From: Raja brachyura
Taxonomy: Eukaryota
DNA length: 64,000 nucleotides
NCBI GenBank assembly: GCA_963514005.1
Contig: OY740788.1
Coordinates: 88,660,001 to 88,724,000, forward strand
Reading direction: 5' to 3'
How positions within the stretch are numbered: the first letter of the stretch is position 1; every line of letters starts with the position of its first letter. Under the pieces are notes generated by a model. The model did no database searches, had not been told where the DNA came from, and worked only from the letters and a program-made list of their open reading frames with translations. The translations under genes and the position numbers were made by a program. Of this stretch, positions 1 to 12,370 are shown one piece after another.

Positions 1-248
1 TCGGCTGCCTGCCCCTCTTTCGGGCCTACGTCCGTGCACGTGTGTCCCTGGAGAGGGAACACGCGGTGTCCATGGGGACTCTGGAGGCCTTCCGCTGGTC
101 ACCGCGTGGGGTTGAGGCGATTATAAATAATGATTGTACTGTTGTACTACAATGATCTGTTCGTTATAGTGTGATTTTGATTATGTTTTGATGTATTGTA
201 TTTTATGATTGTGTTGAATAAAGTTTTTGAAATGGAAAAAAAAAAAAA
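1..248 (+). mobile_element. 3' end of an L1/Tx1-type non-LTR retrotransposon (ORF2 C-terminus, AATAAA, poly-A tail)
   Basis: Frame 3..155 reads GCLPLFRAYVRARVSLEREHAVSMGTLEAFRWSPRGVEAIINNDCTVVLQ*, which resembles Tx1-clade ORF2 C-termini. It is followed by a T-rich 3' UTR, AATAAA at 217-222 and an A-run at 236-248. Confidence 0.6.
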
Positions 249-445
249 GAGAGAGAGAGTCGTGAACAGGGAGAAAGTTGCAATCAGTTGCAATCATGAT
301 TTTAATATCAGTTGCGAACCAAGTTAGCATCACTTTTACATGAGGTTATCTAATGACCAAGGATGAATGTATTTTAAGTTGAAACACATACAGTATTTAG
401 CACCCCCAACATTAGTGTTCATCTATTGATATTTTCCCTTTCAAG

Positions 446-790
446 TTGCAAACCCTCCGATCCTGATCCAATTCCCGAGGCTGGAGCGTGTCACTGAGGG
501 TCACACGGCACGGTTATGCTGCTCCATGGAGAACGCTGAAGTGGGAAACACTGACGTCCACTGGTACCGAGAACTACCCGGGCAGGACATGGAGTGGGTT
601 TTAACACACGAGGCAGGAGGCAGCGTACGAAGGAGACCAGGCTTCACTGAGCGGTTCCAGCCGTTCAAAGACGTCTCCAACAGCAGCTTCATCCTGAATG
701 TCACAAACGTGATGCTGAATGACTCTGCCGTCTATTACTGCACAGTGTGGGGAGATATCAGAGGGAATGGGACCCAGCTCAACGTAACCA
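446..790 (+). CDS. IgSF receptor exon: VJ-type Ig V domain A1 (phase 1/1)
   Basis: Acceptor ttttccctttcaAG|TT at 445/446; donor ACCA|GTGAGT at 790/791. Translation ANPPILIQFPRLERVTEGHTARLCCSMENAEVGNTDVHWYRELPGQDMEWVL...DSAVYYCTVWGDIRGNGTQLNVT shows the B-strand Cys, C-strand WY, DSAVYYC and a J-like GxGT-x-L-x-V in one exon. Confidence 0.9.
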
Positions 791-2673
791 GTGAGTACAA
801 ATTATAGTTGGTTTTATTCACCTATGTGTAACTATATTGGGTGTAATTCACTTCCCTTGAATTGGCACATGTACCGGGAGTACTGAAAGAATAAGGAGAT
901 CGTACTGGAGCTTTGATTCTGGAGACCAAAACATTGTGGCCCCTCACTAATGGTGAGAGCACTGATATGGTAACTGATGTCAGATCTGGGTTGTGGGAAA
1001 CAAACGTCAATGTGCAGTGTGTTCTTCATTGTAGAGAAACCTAGAAACATTGTTGAGTGTAATAGCAGGGCACCGCTCACAGCTGTTTGAGTTAAGGTAC
1101 CAGAGAGCAGGACGACAACTTGTCATGGATTGAGATGAAATAATGTTGCATCCTTATATCAATGGTTCATTGGTTCAATAGTTCTTTATTTGTCACGTGC
1201 AACTGTGCATATATTGCACATGCTGGCACCGCCATGTTTTGGCGCCTTCACTCAAAGTGCAACGTTCGGTCAGCCCACAGCTCGATGTACTGGAGTAGTT
1301 CCCACAAACCAACGTCCCTCTCCTCTCCTCTCCTCTCCTCGCCCGGCCATCTTTCTGCCCGGGGGTGCATCCAGCAGCCTAACTGGAGGCTCTGGAGACA
1401 TTTCCCTGGTTCTAGCTCACACCGGCCCTTGCTCCTTGTGTCTGACGTCTCCAGCTCTCTCCCGGTCATGCCAACAGATGAGCCTTTTGACAGGCTCCCA
1501 GTCCCGCCGACCGGCGAACCTTCAGGCTTGTTTTCAACCAGGAATCACTGATACTTGTACCAGTCACAGAGAAGAGGCAACAACAACACTGTCACTGGAG
1601 CCAAGGCCAGGGATCTGGGACTGGCTGAGAAGAAACAGGTTACACGTTGATCACCTGTGTTCATGCCCTCCCTCAGGCTGACAGATCATTGTTGTCTGGA
1701 TCTGAGTCTTTGCTCATCTGCATTGTGTTGATGCGGGCCCCTAATCCACATTAAATAGTGGGAAGCACAGTTGAAATTCCCCCTCAATATCATTTCCATG
1801 TTCCAGTGAAGTAGATAACTCATTGCACCATCGGCAGTAAAGGAAAGATAAGAATCCGACACAAAGGCAGAAGAATAGGGTTGGTGTAATTACAGAGTCA
1901 ACGTGGATGTATGAAATGGACATCATGGGTGAGTAATCTTTTAAAGCTCACGTTGTTAGATGTTTGTGACGAGCAAAGTAGGGTTGTGTTTGTCAATGAG
2001 CCATGCGGAGACAGTAGCTGTAGACGAGATCGACCATTATTCATCACAAGCAGACACGTAGATGGGAGAATCTCCTGGAGGAACTGGAATGAACAGCAGG
2101 TATTCAAACTGAGAGGCTGTGACTAGTGAGAGGTGGTGCAGGGTTTGGTGCTGGGACCCTCACTGTTCACAATCGAGGATGAGGAGACCAAGTATAACAT
2201 ATCCTGGTTAGTTGGTAGGCGATGCAACATGTGAGGAAGCTGCAGGGGGCACAGACAAGTATAAAGAGCAGGACAAGCCAGATGGACTATATCTTGGAAA
2301 AATATAATTATTCACTTCTGCAGGAAAATGGACACGCAAAGTATTTTTGACCGTTGTGAGACTGTAATGTCAGAAGAATCTGGGTGTTCTTATGCACAAA
2401 ATAACTTAAGATCAACATGTAGATAGAATGAGCAGTTTGGAAGGCAAACAATATATTAAAAAGCAAAAGGCACAAGTTGTTGGAGTAACTTAAAAGGTCA
2501 GCCAGCAAGTCCGGAGAACATGGATAAATCTGACATCCTCGATAATCTTACTCTTCAATTATCCTGAGCCTCACTGGGAAGTATGTGATGGTATTCAAAT
2601 TTTAGAGACTGTTACACACTAAATGCTGGAGAAATATGATGCCTTCCATTGAGCTCCATGTATATTCACACAG

Positions 2674-3021
2674 ATCCCCTGGATGATCCGGTCCTTATCC
2701 AGTCTCCGTCAGTCAGCAAGGTGGCAGAGGGTGTAACTGTGCAGTTGCAATGTGCCTTGCACAATGCCAGTGTGAATGACACTGACGTCCACTGGACCCA
2801 GCAGCGACCTGGGAAAAACAGCGAGTGGGTAATGAGCCACTTTGTGGATGGCAACGTCACCAGGTCCGGCTGTATCTCTGACCGCTTTAAGTCTTTCAGG
2901 AATGCCATGAGCAACAGTTACATTCTGACCATCGCCAATGTCTCCATCAATGATACTGCTGTCTACAACTGCAGTGTGTGGAGTTACATCTATGGAGCAG
3001 GGTCCCAGCTCAATGTAACTG
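2674..3021 (+). CDS. IgSF receptor exon: VJ-type Ig V domain B (phase 1/1)
   Basis: Acceptor cacacAG|AT at 2673/2674; donor ACTG|GTAAGT at 3021/3022. Translation PLDDPVLIQSPSVSKVAEGVTVQLQCALHNASVNDTDVHWTQQRPGKNSEWVM...DTAVYNCSVWSYIYGAGSQLNVT, with J-like YGAGSQLNV. Confidence 0.9.
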
Positions 3022-5050
3022 GTAAGTCATTGTTTGTCTTCACTGACGATAACAACAGCTCACACTTCAACCTTCACACAATGACTCACCGACACATGGG
3101 AATTCTGTACCACTCCCAGTAAAACAGAGAGTGGAGAAGTTATCCTTGGTGTGTAAAGTGCAACAGCAAGGAAATAGATACATGTGCAAAAGGACGAGTA
3201 CAAGGGAACAAAAATCAAAAGTGTAAAAAGTCTCCGCAAATGGTTTGTGGATGAACAACCCTTTGGGTTTGAGTTGTCAGAGATGGAAGATATTACCAAC
3301 TAACAGCATAAAGTCAAATGGTCATAATGTGTGGGAACGTGCTCTTCTGCCCAACTTGCCCACACCGACCAACATGTCCCAGCTACACTAGTCCCATCTG
3401 CCTGCATTTGGCCCATCCCTCAGAGTAAGGAGAGAAAGAGGATAACTGTATATGAGTTGTTAAAAGGAATAGATTAGCGCATAAAATCCAAAAGATGTAT
3501 AAGTACATGGGAGAAGAAATATTACCAAATTCTTAGGAAAAAGCCAAGCTTGAGGTTATGAGTTTGAGTTTAGTTTATTGTCACGTGTACCGAGGTACAG
3601 TAAAAAGCTTTTGTGGGCTAACCAGTCAGCGGAAAGACAATACATAATTACAATTGAGTCATCCACAGATACACGATAAAGGGAATAAAGTGATTAACGT
3701 TTAGTGCTAGATAAAGCCAGTGAGTCCGATCAAAGATAGTCCAAGGATCTCCAATGTAGATCTTAGTTCCAGAGGAACTCAGCAGGTCAGCCAACATCTG
3801 GGAAGGTAAATGGATTACAAAACCTACACCAAACCCAAGCCAATTAGGAGCAGACGAGGGCATTCGATCCAATTTGAGATTCCTGCTACCAAGACAGATG
3901 TGTACAGCAATTCGTTCTTCTTAAAGCATGGAATAATCTTCACCCTACCATAGTTACCCAAACAGATGCAACTACATTTAAAGTAGCTCTTTCTTCCCAA
4001 AGACCCTTTCTGGCTTAAGTCCTCCCTCCACTACCTCCAGTTTAAATTCCAATTTGGAATATTTTGGAGGACCAAGATACCAAGAACCAAGACAGACAGT
4101 GTTTTGGGTCAAGACCTCTTCAGACTGATGGAGTAGGAGAGAGCTCGTGGAAAGCGGTGAGGGAGGAGGGGTGGGGCAAGAGCTTGCAAGTAACAGGTGG
4201 ACTCAGATATGGAAGGGTGGATTGTCAGATGAATGAGGTGCAGGAGGGATAGGGGGCGATATTAACAAAGACTGGAGGTGATAAGCAGAGAAGACAAAAG
4301 ATTACAAATAATGAAATCTGATAAAGAAAATAAAATGTGGAACAAGAGGGCGGATGGGGAGGTAGACCGGAAGGGGGAGGGGGGGAGGTGTGGCAAATAT
4401 AGGAACCCAGAGGGGCTAGGAGTGGGTAATCAATAGTGAGAGGTTTTTTAATCTGCACCTTCTTTGTTGCTTGTCAAGTGCCTTCTGAAAGTCCAGATTC
4501 ACATCAGCTAGTTTTCCTTTATCTGTGCTGCCAACTACGATCTGAAATAATTAGCTGAGTTGTGGAATATGATTTCCTTTACAAACACCTTTTGACTCCA
4601 CCCAGTCCTGATATATTCCAAATGCCCCACTTACTTAATAATAAATTAATAATTGATGACAGCTCTTCCCTCATCCACGCTTCCCCTCATAATCTTGTGT
4701 GCTGATCTACACTCCCAACTCATCCCTCACTTGCTGTGCTTCTTGCTTTAAAGTAAATACAGTTAAACCTACTGGTCCTCTCATGCTCCTTTTCCATTTT
4801 CTACATATGAGTCCGCTGTCATTCTGGGTCCCAACCCCATGTCTCACTAGTATAAACTCTCTTGAGTAGCAAGAGAAAACCTCTCCACAAACCCATTTGT
4901 TTAGCCCCATGCACAGGTTATATAATATTGCAGGGTCACTGAACTCAGTAACATTGCTCTGGTTTTAAGTATCGCAAGAACCCATTCCTGTGCTGTACAC
5001 ATCTATGGCCCTAATCAAAAGGATTCCATTTTGCATGCTATAGAATGACT

Positions 5051-5170
5051 TCTTCTTGCGTATGGTGTGCACAGCCTAACAAAACACTACATCTAATTGT
5101 TTGTGCATGTCAGATTGATTGCATTAGTAGAAACAGGGTGGACCACGTGATGGTTGCAATCTCCCACCCC
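5051..5170 (-). mobile_element. Short 5'-truncated non-LTR retroposon tail with 11-bp target-site duplication
   Basis: Flanked by ATAGAATGACT at 5040-5050 and a second copy split by the DIRS insertion (ATAGAAT 5171-5177 / AATGACT 9753-9759). It has an AAG-type tail on the minus strand. Confidence 0.55.
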
Positions 5171-5174
5171 ATAG

Positions 5175-8100
5175 AATAGTAAGATTAAACGAGTTTACCA
5201 GTTTGAAGTTTGATCTTTATTTTATGAGGAGTTACGATGAGCGATTACGTGAAGAAGGTCGCCCCCACACATGCACGTCAATCTTCAAAGCAGCGGTGTG
5301 AAATCACAGAGAAGAGTTGTTGAACTAAAATAGTAAGATTAGATTTGACTAGAACTTACAGAAAGATCTTTATGTTACAAGGGTCAGGAGCGGAGGGCAC
5401 GTAATCACTCATCGTAACTCCTCATAAAATAAAGATCAAACTTCAAACTGGTAAGTTCTCGTTTAATCTTACTATTTTACTTCAGAGTCACATGAGTGAC
5501 CACGTGAAGACTTTGAAGCTCTGTGATTTCATGCCAAGGAACTAGTCCACGCGTCACAACTGCATCAATTGACCAGGACCTGTGAGAAAATTAATGCATT
5601 CAAACATGACATGGTTAAACAATACTAATGCGTTAATAACAAAAGAAATTAACAGTGACCCTTCTCACCCAGGGGGAAACTGTGAAACAGAACTTAAAAC
5701 AGAATCAGCAAAAATCCCCGGTCTGGCGATAGGCTTGTTATAAAACCTTTGGTACGTGCACTCATTCGACCATCCCGCAGTTGCTAGAATGTAGTCGCGA
5801 GGGACGTCCATATCCCTTGCTGCAGATGTCGATGCAGCCCTGATGGAATGAGGTTTAAAAGTGGCAGTGTCCACTCCTGCACACACCAGAACCTGTTTAA
5901 TCCATCTAGAGATGGTCTGCACTGTAACCTTTTATGAGGTTTGGTATAACTAACAAAAAAGGAGAGTTCCAGGCCTCTCTCAGTATGTGTGACACTACAC
6001 ACAATCGTGGATCTGAGGGGTATGCCATAAAACTCAATTTGAGCCCCAGTTTCCCTGGCCTCCTCTGCTTAATGAGATCATGAACAAAAAAGGTGATGCT
6101 ATTACAAGATGTACCCATACTGTCCAGTCTGAGTTTATGTAATGTCTGGACCCGTTGTGTTGAGGCCAGCACCATGAGCATGACTACTTTGAGTGTAAGA
6201 TGGTGCAGAGACAGAGATGAAGCTGGTTCCCATTGAAGGAGCAGCGCGAGAACCACGCTCACATCCCATATATGTGTGTACCTGGGCCTAGGGGGAGTGG
6301 AGTTAAAATTGCCCTTCATAAACTTAGTTATTAAAGGGTGAGATCCTACTGTGTGGTTCCCTTACCCCAGCCATAAATAATTTGACAAAGCACTCCGGGC
6401 ACTGTTAATGACACTGTAACTGAGCTTGTTATCATGAAAAAGTGACAAAAGAAACTCCAAAAACGTCCGTGATAGAAGCCGTGTCATATGAAATATTAGA
6501 GCGGGAACAGTACATCTCCCATTTCCTTATGTGAGTGATGTACTGTTTCTGTGTGCACTTCCTCCAGGCTGCAGATGACATCCATCGTACGGTCTGAAAG
6601 CCCGAGCCCCAGGAACGGTCTCCTCAGAATCTGCAAACCAATAAATTTATACGGTCATGAAGAGGGTGGCTTTCCCCTGTCACCCAGGGTTCCCGCTGAT
6701 TTCTGCTCTTGGGCACTGCCATAAAAGACTGTGTAATTAAAGCTAGAACCACTGGGAACCAATGCTGAGTCGGCCAGTCTGGTACTACCAAAATGCCAGA
6801 GGCGGAGTCTTGCTCGATTTTGGCCAAACATCGACTAATGAGACAGAATGGGGGAAAAATATACAAATATTTCCCACCCCAGTGTAGCGAGAATGCATCT
6901 ACTGCTACGGCCCCTGGGTCTGGCTCCCATGACACGTAAATTGGTAACTGATGATTAAGCCTGGATGCAAACAGATCAATGTCCGGTATACCATAACGAA
7001 GGACAATACCATTAACCACTTCGTGATACAACATCCATTCCTTACTGTCATTGAACTCTCGTGACCTGGTGTCTGCCATCGTGTTATATCTACTTGGTAA
7101 GTAGATAGCTGAAACCCAGATGTTTCTCGCAATACACCAGGGCCAGATGAGATTAGACAATTTATCACAGGATGCAGACTTACTGCCACCTATGTGATTA
7201 ATGTACGCTACTACTGTAGTATTGTCAATCTGAAGTTGGACATGCACATGATGCATGTTGGTACAAAAAGCCTTTAAGCCATAGAGTGCTCCCAACAACT
7301 CTAAGTAGTAAATACCGTGTGACTGAAGCATCGACGATTCCTGCAGATCCCATCTGCCACCTCAGCTCGAGACGGTATTAGTAGCACCCCAACCTAGCAC
7401 ACTGGCATCAGTCTGCAGGATAACTGATGGTGTATCGACCAAAATAGTACTAGGACAACACTGAATATTGGTAACCCACCATTGTAACTCAGCCAGGGCT
7501 TCAGCAGGCAATTGCATGGGTCTATCAAAGCAACCTCTATGAAGCTTGAGTGCCTGTTCCTTTGCACGCTGTACGATTTGGTAGTGCAAAGGCCCGAACT
7601 GAGCAGCTGGGAAAGTAGCCACTAATTTTCCAATTATGCTAGCCACATGTCTAATAGAAGGCTGATTATTAACAATGAGTTTCCTGCAGGCTTCAATTAA
7701 CTCTAATTGCTTGCCCCAAGGCCGAGTCAGTGACAAGTGTACTGAGTTAATGGTGAATCCCAAATAGTCAATTATCGCAGATGGCACCAATTTAGACTTA
7801 ACTGAATGGATTAAGAACCCCAGTTTCTTAAAAACTAGTTTTGTAGCTGAGACAGATCATTCAACTAATTCCAAAGTCCTCCCAATGACTAAGATGTTAT
7901 CCAAATATGCCATGCCTATATGTTTCTGTGCCCTGAGTAGCCCCAGAACTGGTTTTAGCAATTTAGTGAATAGTCTGGGGGCTGATGTTAATCCATTTGG
8001 CAATGCTTTAAACCACCACAACTGCTCCATCTAGTTAAACTTCAAAAATCTCCTGTGATCTTCATGAATGGTCACTGAATAGTAAGCAACTTTGAGGTCA

Positions 8101-9755
8101 ATGCTCGCCATGTAGCATCCCTTGGAAAGCAGTTGTTTTCCAGTAACAAACTTTTCCATTTTGAAGTGTTTATACTGCACAAAGGTGTTAAGCTCTGTCA
8201 AATCAAGGATAATTCGACATCCTCCATCCTTCTTTTGCCTAGTAAATATATTGGACACAATGGTGAGGCTCATGACTCGACCTCTCAATTACCCCTTTCT
8301 TGAACAAAGACTAACGTTCTCCTTGTGCACTCGGTGTATGCTGAGTGGGTGGAGGCGAGTCAGAAATGAATTTAATTTGGAAACCTTGTATACTGTGCAG
8401 TATAAACGGGTCAAATGTTATCCAATGCCATTCATGTAAGAAAAACTGCAATCCCCCCAACTTGTAATTGATCCATCGCAGGCTCAATTACCTTAGTAGT
8501 TACCGGTGGTATGGTCTCTGCTTCTGCCCGCGAGAACTGGGGGGTAGGGCTGTTGGAGGATGCCATCCCCGCATCTTGAACATGGTCCGGTTTGGGCCCT
8601 GCCCTAAAAGGCTTCTGTGCTTGTTGCTCGGAACAACGTCCACCATATCCGGCGAACCGTCTGGTATGGAGAGGAGGGTAGGGGTACTGTCACCGGAAAG
8701 ATGATACCTTGGGAGGTGCCTTCATAAGGCCAACGGTTTTAGCCTCCTCATCCAGCTCCTTTACCAGTTTAAACAGGTCTTCTACGAACAGGAGGTTTGC
8801 GGTTTGCACATTCCCCGGCTTGCACAGCCCAGCAAATGTTGGGTTTAGAGCAGGATGGATGGCATTCTTCCCGAGGCAATTAATTTCAAAATGTGCATTG
8901 CACATTAATGCCACCGCGTCCTGCTGAGTATCAGAGAAGGGCGCCCCATCCACTGACCTGGCAAAGGCCATTATGCCCGAAGCAAATTTTTTGAATTTTT
9001 ACCTCTTGGGCTCTAACGTGTCCAATGTGTCCAAGGGATAGCAAATCTGGATGCCATAGGGGGTACATCCGATGTTTGCCCCTCATGCCATGAAGCATGC
9101 TGCCCAACTGTGCCTCCGTACTCTGGGTCAGTATAACACTGACCTCGTACGCTCCCCTCATCAGAGAGGGGGATATTCTAAATATCTGACACAGGTGCTG
9201 CTGCCTCGGGTTCTGTGTAATCCCCGGGCTCCAATAGCTCCCTCCATTGGAGCATATCGTGCTGGAGTAACCTCTCCACTAGGTTCTCCATGCGGGTCAG
9301 CCTGCCAATAACGCTGACCATAGAAGGAGGGGGAATTTCCACCTCCTGGCCCGACTCATCTGAGTCCAGGGCCGTCACAGATTTTCTGGTGGCTTTCCTC
9401 CCCCGTGGAGTAGCCAAGGCGCTTTCTGGCAGCACCAAGTCTGTAGCCACTGGCTGCTCTGCCAGCGACCCTGAAGGCGAATTTGGGGCCACGGTCTCCC
9501 GCAGTCGGTTTCGTTGCGGCCCGCCTCTTTACCTTGGACATGTTCTCCCAAAGTCCAATCCTGAAAGGCAAGCAAATAACCCAAACCGGAAGCAACGAGC
9601 TAAGTTATAAACACTTACCTGAGCGTTTAAAACTTACCGCTGGAAGGAGCAACGTGCCCGCCAGTCAGTCGTTGCGCAATGCGACAGATATAATGACGCG
9701 CATGCGTGGGGACGGTCATCTTCACGTGGTCACTCAAGTGACTCCGAAGTAAAAT
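5175..9755 (-). mobile_element. DIRS1-like tyrosine-recombinase retrotransposon, full length but frameshifted, in the intron between Ig exons B and A2
   Basis: Minus-strand fragments: gag-like ORF (~9550-8500), RT (KKDGGCRIILDL, MASIDLKVAYY; ~8300-7500), RNase H (LQTDASVLGWG, IDNTTVVAYINHIGG), Dam-like methylase (DLFASRLN...DAFSLHW...YIFPPF; ~7000-6624) and tyrosine recombinase (QRVQTL, HSIR, GWS...FY; ~6580-5665). Imperfect ITRs and an internal complementary region at 5398-5510 are present. Confidence 0.92.
5398..5510. repeat. DIRS internal complementary region (ICR)
   Basis: 5398-5476 is the reverse complement of the left terminus 5175-5251. 5475-5510 is the reverse complement of the right terminus ~9719-9754. 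Confidence 0.88.
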
Positions 9756-9852
9756 GACTAAAACAATTCTAATAATTTAGTGCTAGATTCTGTGCACTCT
9801 TTCAGCATGGTTGTGCTGAGGTTTTTTTAAGAAGACATATTTTCCATTAAAG

Positions 9853-10197
9853 TTGCAAATCCTCCGATCCTGATCCAATTCCCGAGGCTGGAGCGTGTGA
9901 CTGAGGGTCACACGGCACGGTTATGGTGCTCCATGGAGAAAGCTGAAGTGGGAAACACTGACGTCCACTGGTACCGAGAACTACCCGGGCAGGACATGGA
10001 GTGGGTTTTAACACACGAGGCAGGAGGCAGCGTACGAAGGAGACCAGGCTTCACTGAGCGGTTCCAGCCGTTCAAAGACGTCTCCAACAGCAGCTTCATC
10101 CTGAATGTCACAAACGTGATGCTGAATGACTCTGCCGTCTATTACTGCACAGTGTGGGGAGATATCAGAGGGAACGGGACCCAGCTCAACATCACTG
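9853..10197 (+). CDS. IgSF receptor exon: VJ-type Ig V domain A2 (phase 1/1), near-identical to A1
   Basis: Acceptor tttccattaaAG|TT at 9852/9853; donor ACTG|GTAAGT at 10197/10198. It is 345 bp like A1, with 9 substitutions counted by eye. Confidence 0.9.
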
Positions 10198-10714
10198 GTA
10201 AGTTCAGTTAACACAATACTCAATGATTTCCGTTAGTGAAAATATAGAGCATGTCAGGGGTGGGATAGTGGTTTTGCGTGTTCATTTTTATTTCAATTTA
10301 CAATATTTACAATATTAAAAGCATTGATCTTTTAGTTTTTATAGTTATACAGCGTGAAAACAGGCCCTTCGACCCAACTTGCCCAAACCGATTCATTTTC
10401 ATGTATTTATTTATGCTTTCTAATGAATTAGATCGACAAATACACACCTGATGGCTATTTGTGGAGCATCACTTTTCTGCCCCAGCTCCTAACTCCAAGC
10501 TTACAGTCACACTTTACCTTATTAAAAGGGCCACTAGGGGCGCCACATTGATGGCAGCCTCTGCCTAAAGTCTCTCTGTTTTTCTCTCTTTTTTAGTTTT
10601 AGTCAGTTTTTTTTAGATTACTTTAGCTTTTCTATGTGGGGGAGTGGGGTAAGGTAAGGAGGAAACCTTTTCTGGCGAGTCACTTCCTGGCGAGGACGGA
10701 GTCACAGATGGAGC

Positions 10715-12370
10715 AGCAGGACACCAGACGCCTGTGGCAGGGGCTACGGACAGTAACCAACTACCAGAGCAGCCCCCCTCAACCGGAAGTGCCGGCACCT
10801 CCCTAGCTGATGACTTGAACTCCTTCTACGCTCGTTTCGAGTCGGGCAACATCACCCCAGGTTTGCCGGCTAACAACAACACCGCCAGCGTGCTGGCTAT
10901 CGAAGCTGAAGAGAGGTCCATCGCTGGGGATGTGCACACATTCTCGTTGTTCGAGCACGATGTGAGGAGGCCTCTGACACGGGTGAAATCGAGGAAAGCT
11001 GTAGGCCCAGATGGCATCTCGGGGCGAGTACTTAAGTCCTGTGCTACGCAGCTAGCTCCGGTGCTCACTACTATATTCAACCTCTCCCTGGCCAAGTCCG
11101 TGGTCCCTGCCTGCTTCAAAAAATCCACCATTGTACCTGTACCTAAAAATGCCTCCCCAGCCTGTCTGAATGACTACCTACTGATGGCCCTCACCTCGGT
11201 AGTCATGAAATGCTTTGAGAGGCTGGTGAAGAAGCACATATGCGCATCTGCGCCTTCCTCCCTCGCAACATTTGCATACCTTCCGAACAGATCCACGGAC
11301 TATGAGGTCTCCCAGGTTCTGCACACCGCTCTCTCTCACCTTGACAGCCAGAAGGGGGCTATGTGAGGATGCTGTTCATAGACTTCAGTTCAGCCTTCAA
11401 CACGATAGTCCCCACCAGACTGGCCGAGAAGCTGCTGGAATTAGGGCTCAACACCCCCCTGTGTGCTGGGCCCTGGACTTTCTCACCGCCAGGCCCCAGG
11501 TAGTCAAGATGGGAGGGGCTACATCGAATTCCCTCACCCTGAGCACAGGATCCCCCCAGGGTTGCGTCCTCAGCCCCCTATTGTACTCCCTGTACTCACA
11601 TGACTGTGTGGATAGGTTCAGCTCCAACTCGATAATCAAGTTTGCTGATCGCACTGTGGTGGTGGGCCTGATCTCAGACAACGATGAGAAGGCCTACCGG
11701 GAGGGGGTGGCTGATCTGGCACTCTGGTGTCAGGACAACAGCTTACTCTTGATCATCAAAAAATACTAAGGAGCTGGTCGTGGACTTTAGGAGGGCACAT
11801 CATCCGAGAACGTACACACCATTGAGGATAAATGGGATACTGTGGATAGGGTGAGCTGCTTTAAATACCTGGGAGTCCACATCTCTGAGGATATGACATG
11901 GACATCGCACGCTGCCGCAGTGGTGAGTAAGGCAAGGCAGCGCCTTTACCGCCTCAGGCAATTGAGGAAATTCACGCTGTGGAAAGCATCTTGTCCGGAA
12001 ACATCACAGTTTGGTTTGGGAACTGCTCTGCCCAGGACAAGAAGGCTCTGCAGAGAGTAGTGCGTTCGGCCGAACGCACTATGGGGACTTAACTCGCCCA
12101 CCTGCAGGAACTATACATCAGGAGGTGCAACTCCAGAGCCAACAAGATCATGGGAGACCCCTTCCACCCCAGCAATGGACTGTTCCAGCTGCTACGGTCA
12201 GGTAAACGCCTCCGTTGCCATGCTGTGAGAACGGAGAGGATGAGAAGGAGTTCTTCCCAGAGGCCATTCGGCCCGTAAACTCCTATCTCACCAAGGACTA
12301 ACTCTACTGGACCAATAAACTGTTGTGTGGTGTCTTTTTAAAATTGCTGTTTTTTTCTCTTTTTTCCTCC
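10715..12370 (+). mobile_element. Rex1/Babar-like LINE, 5'-truncated and frameshifted
   Basis: RT motifs [63 protein letters not shown] across ORFs 10734-12205; AATAAA near 12314. Confidence 0.8.

Noticed and set aside
1121-1683. Possible solo LTR (TGTCA...TGACA, AATAAA on the minus strand near 1185) and ORFs 1162-1681
   Set aside because: No matching TSD (AACT vs GATC) and no recognisable protein, so the call cannot be supported.
446-10197. Interpretation as rearranging IgL/TCR V segments or a germline-joined light-chain cluster
   Set aside because: Each exon contains its own J-like strand and ends in a phase-1 donor. There are no individual leader exons, complete RSS or C1 exon, and the downstream exons encode a TM and an ITIM/ITSM tail.
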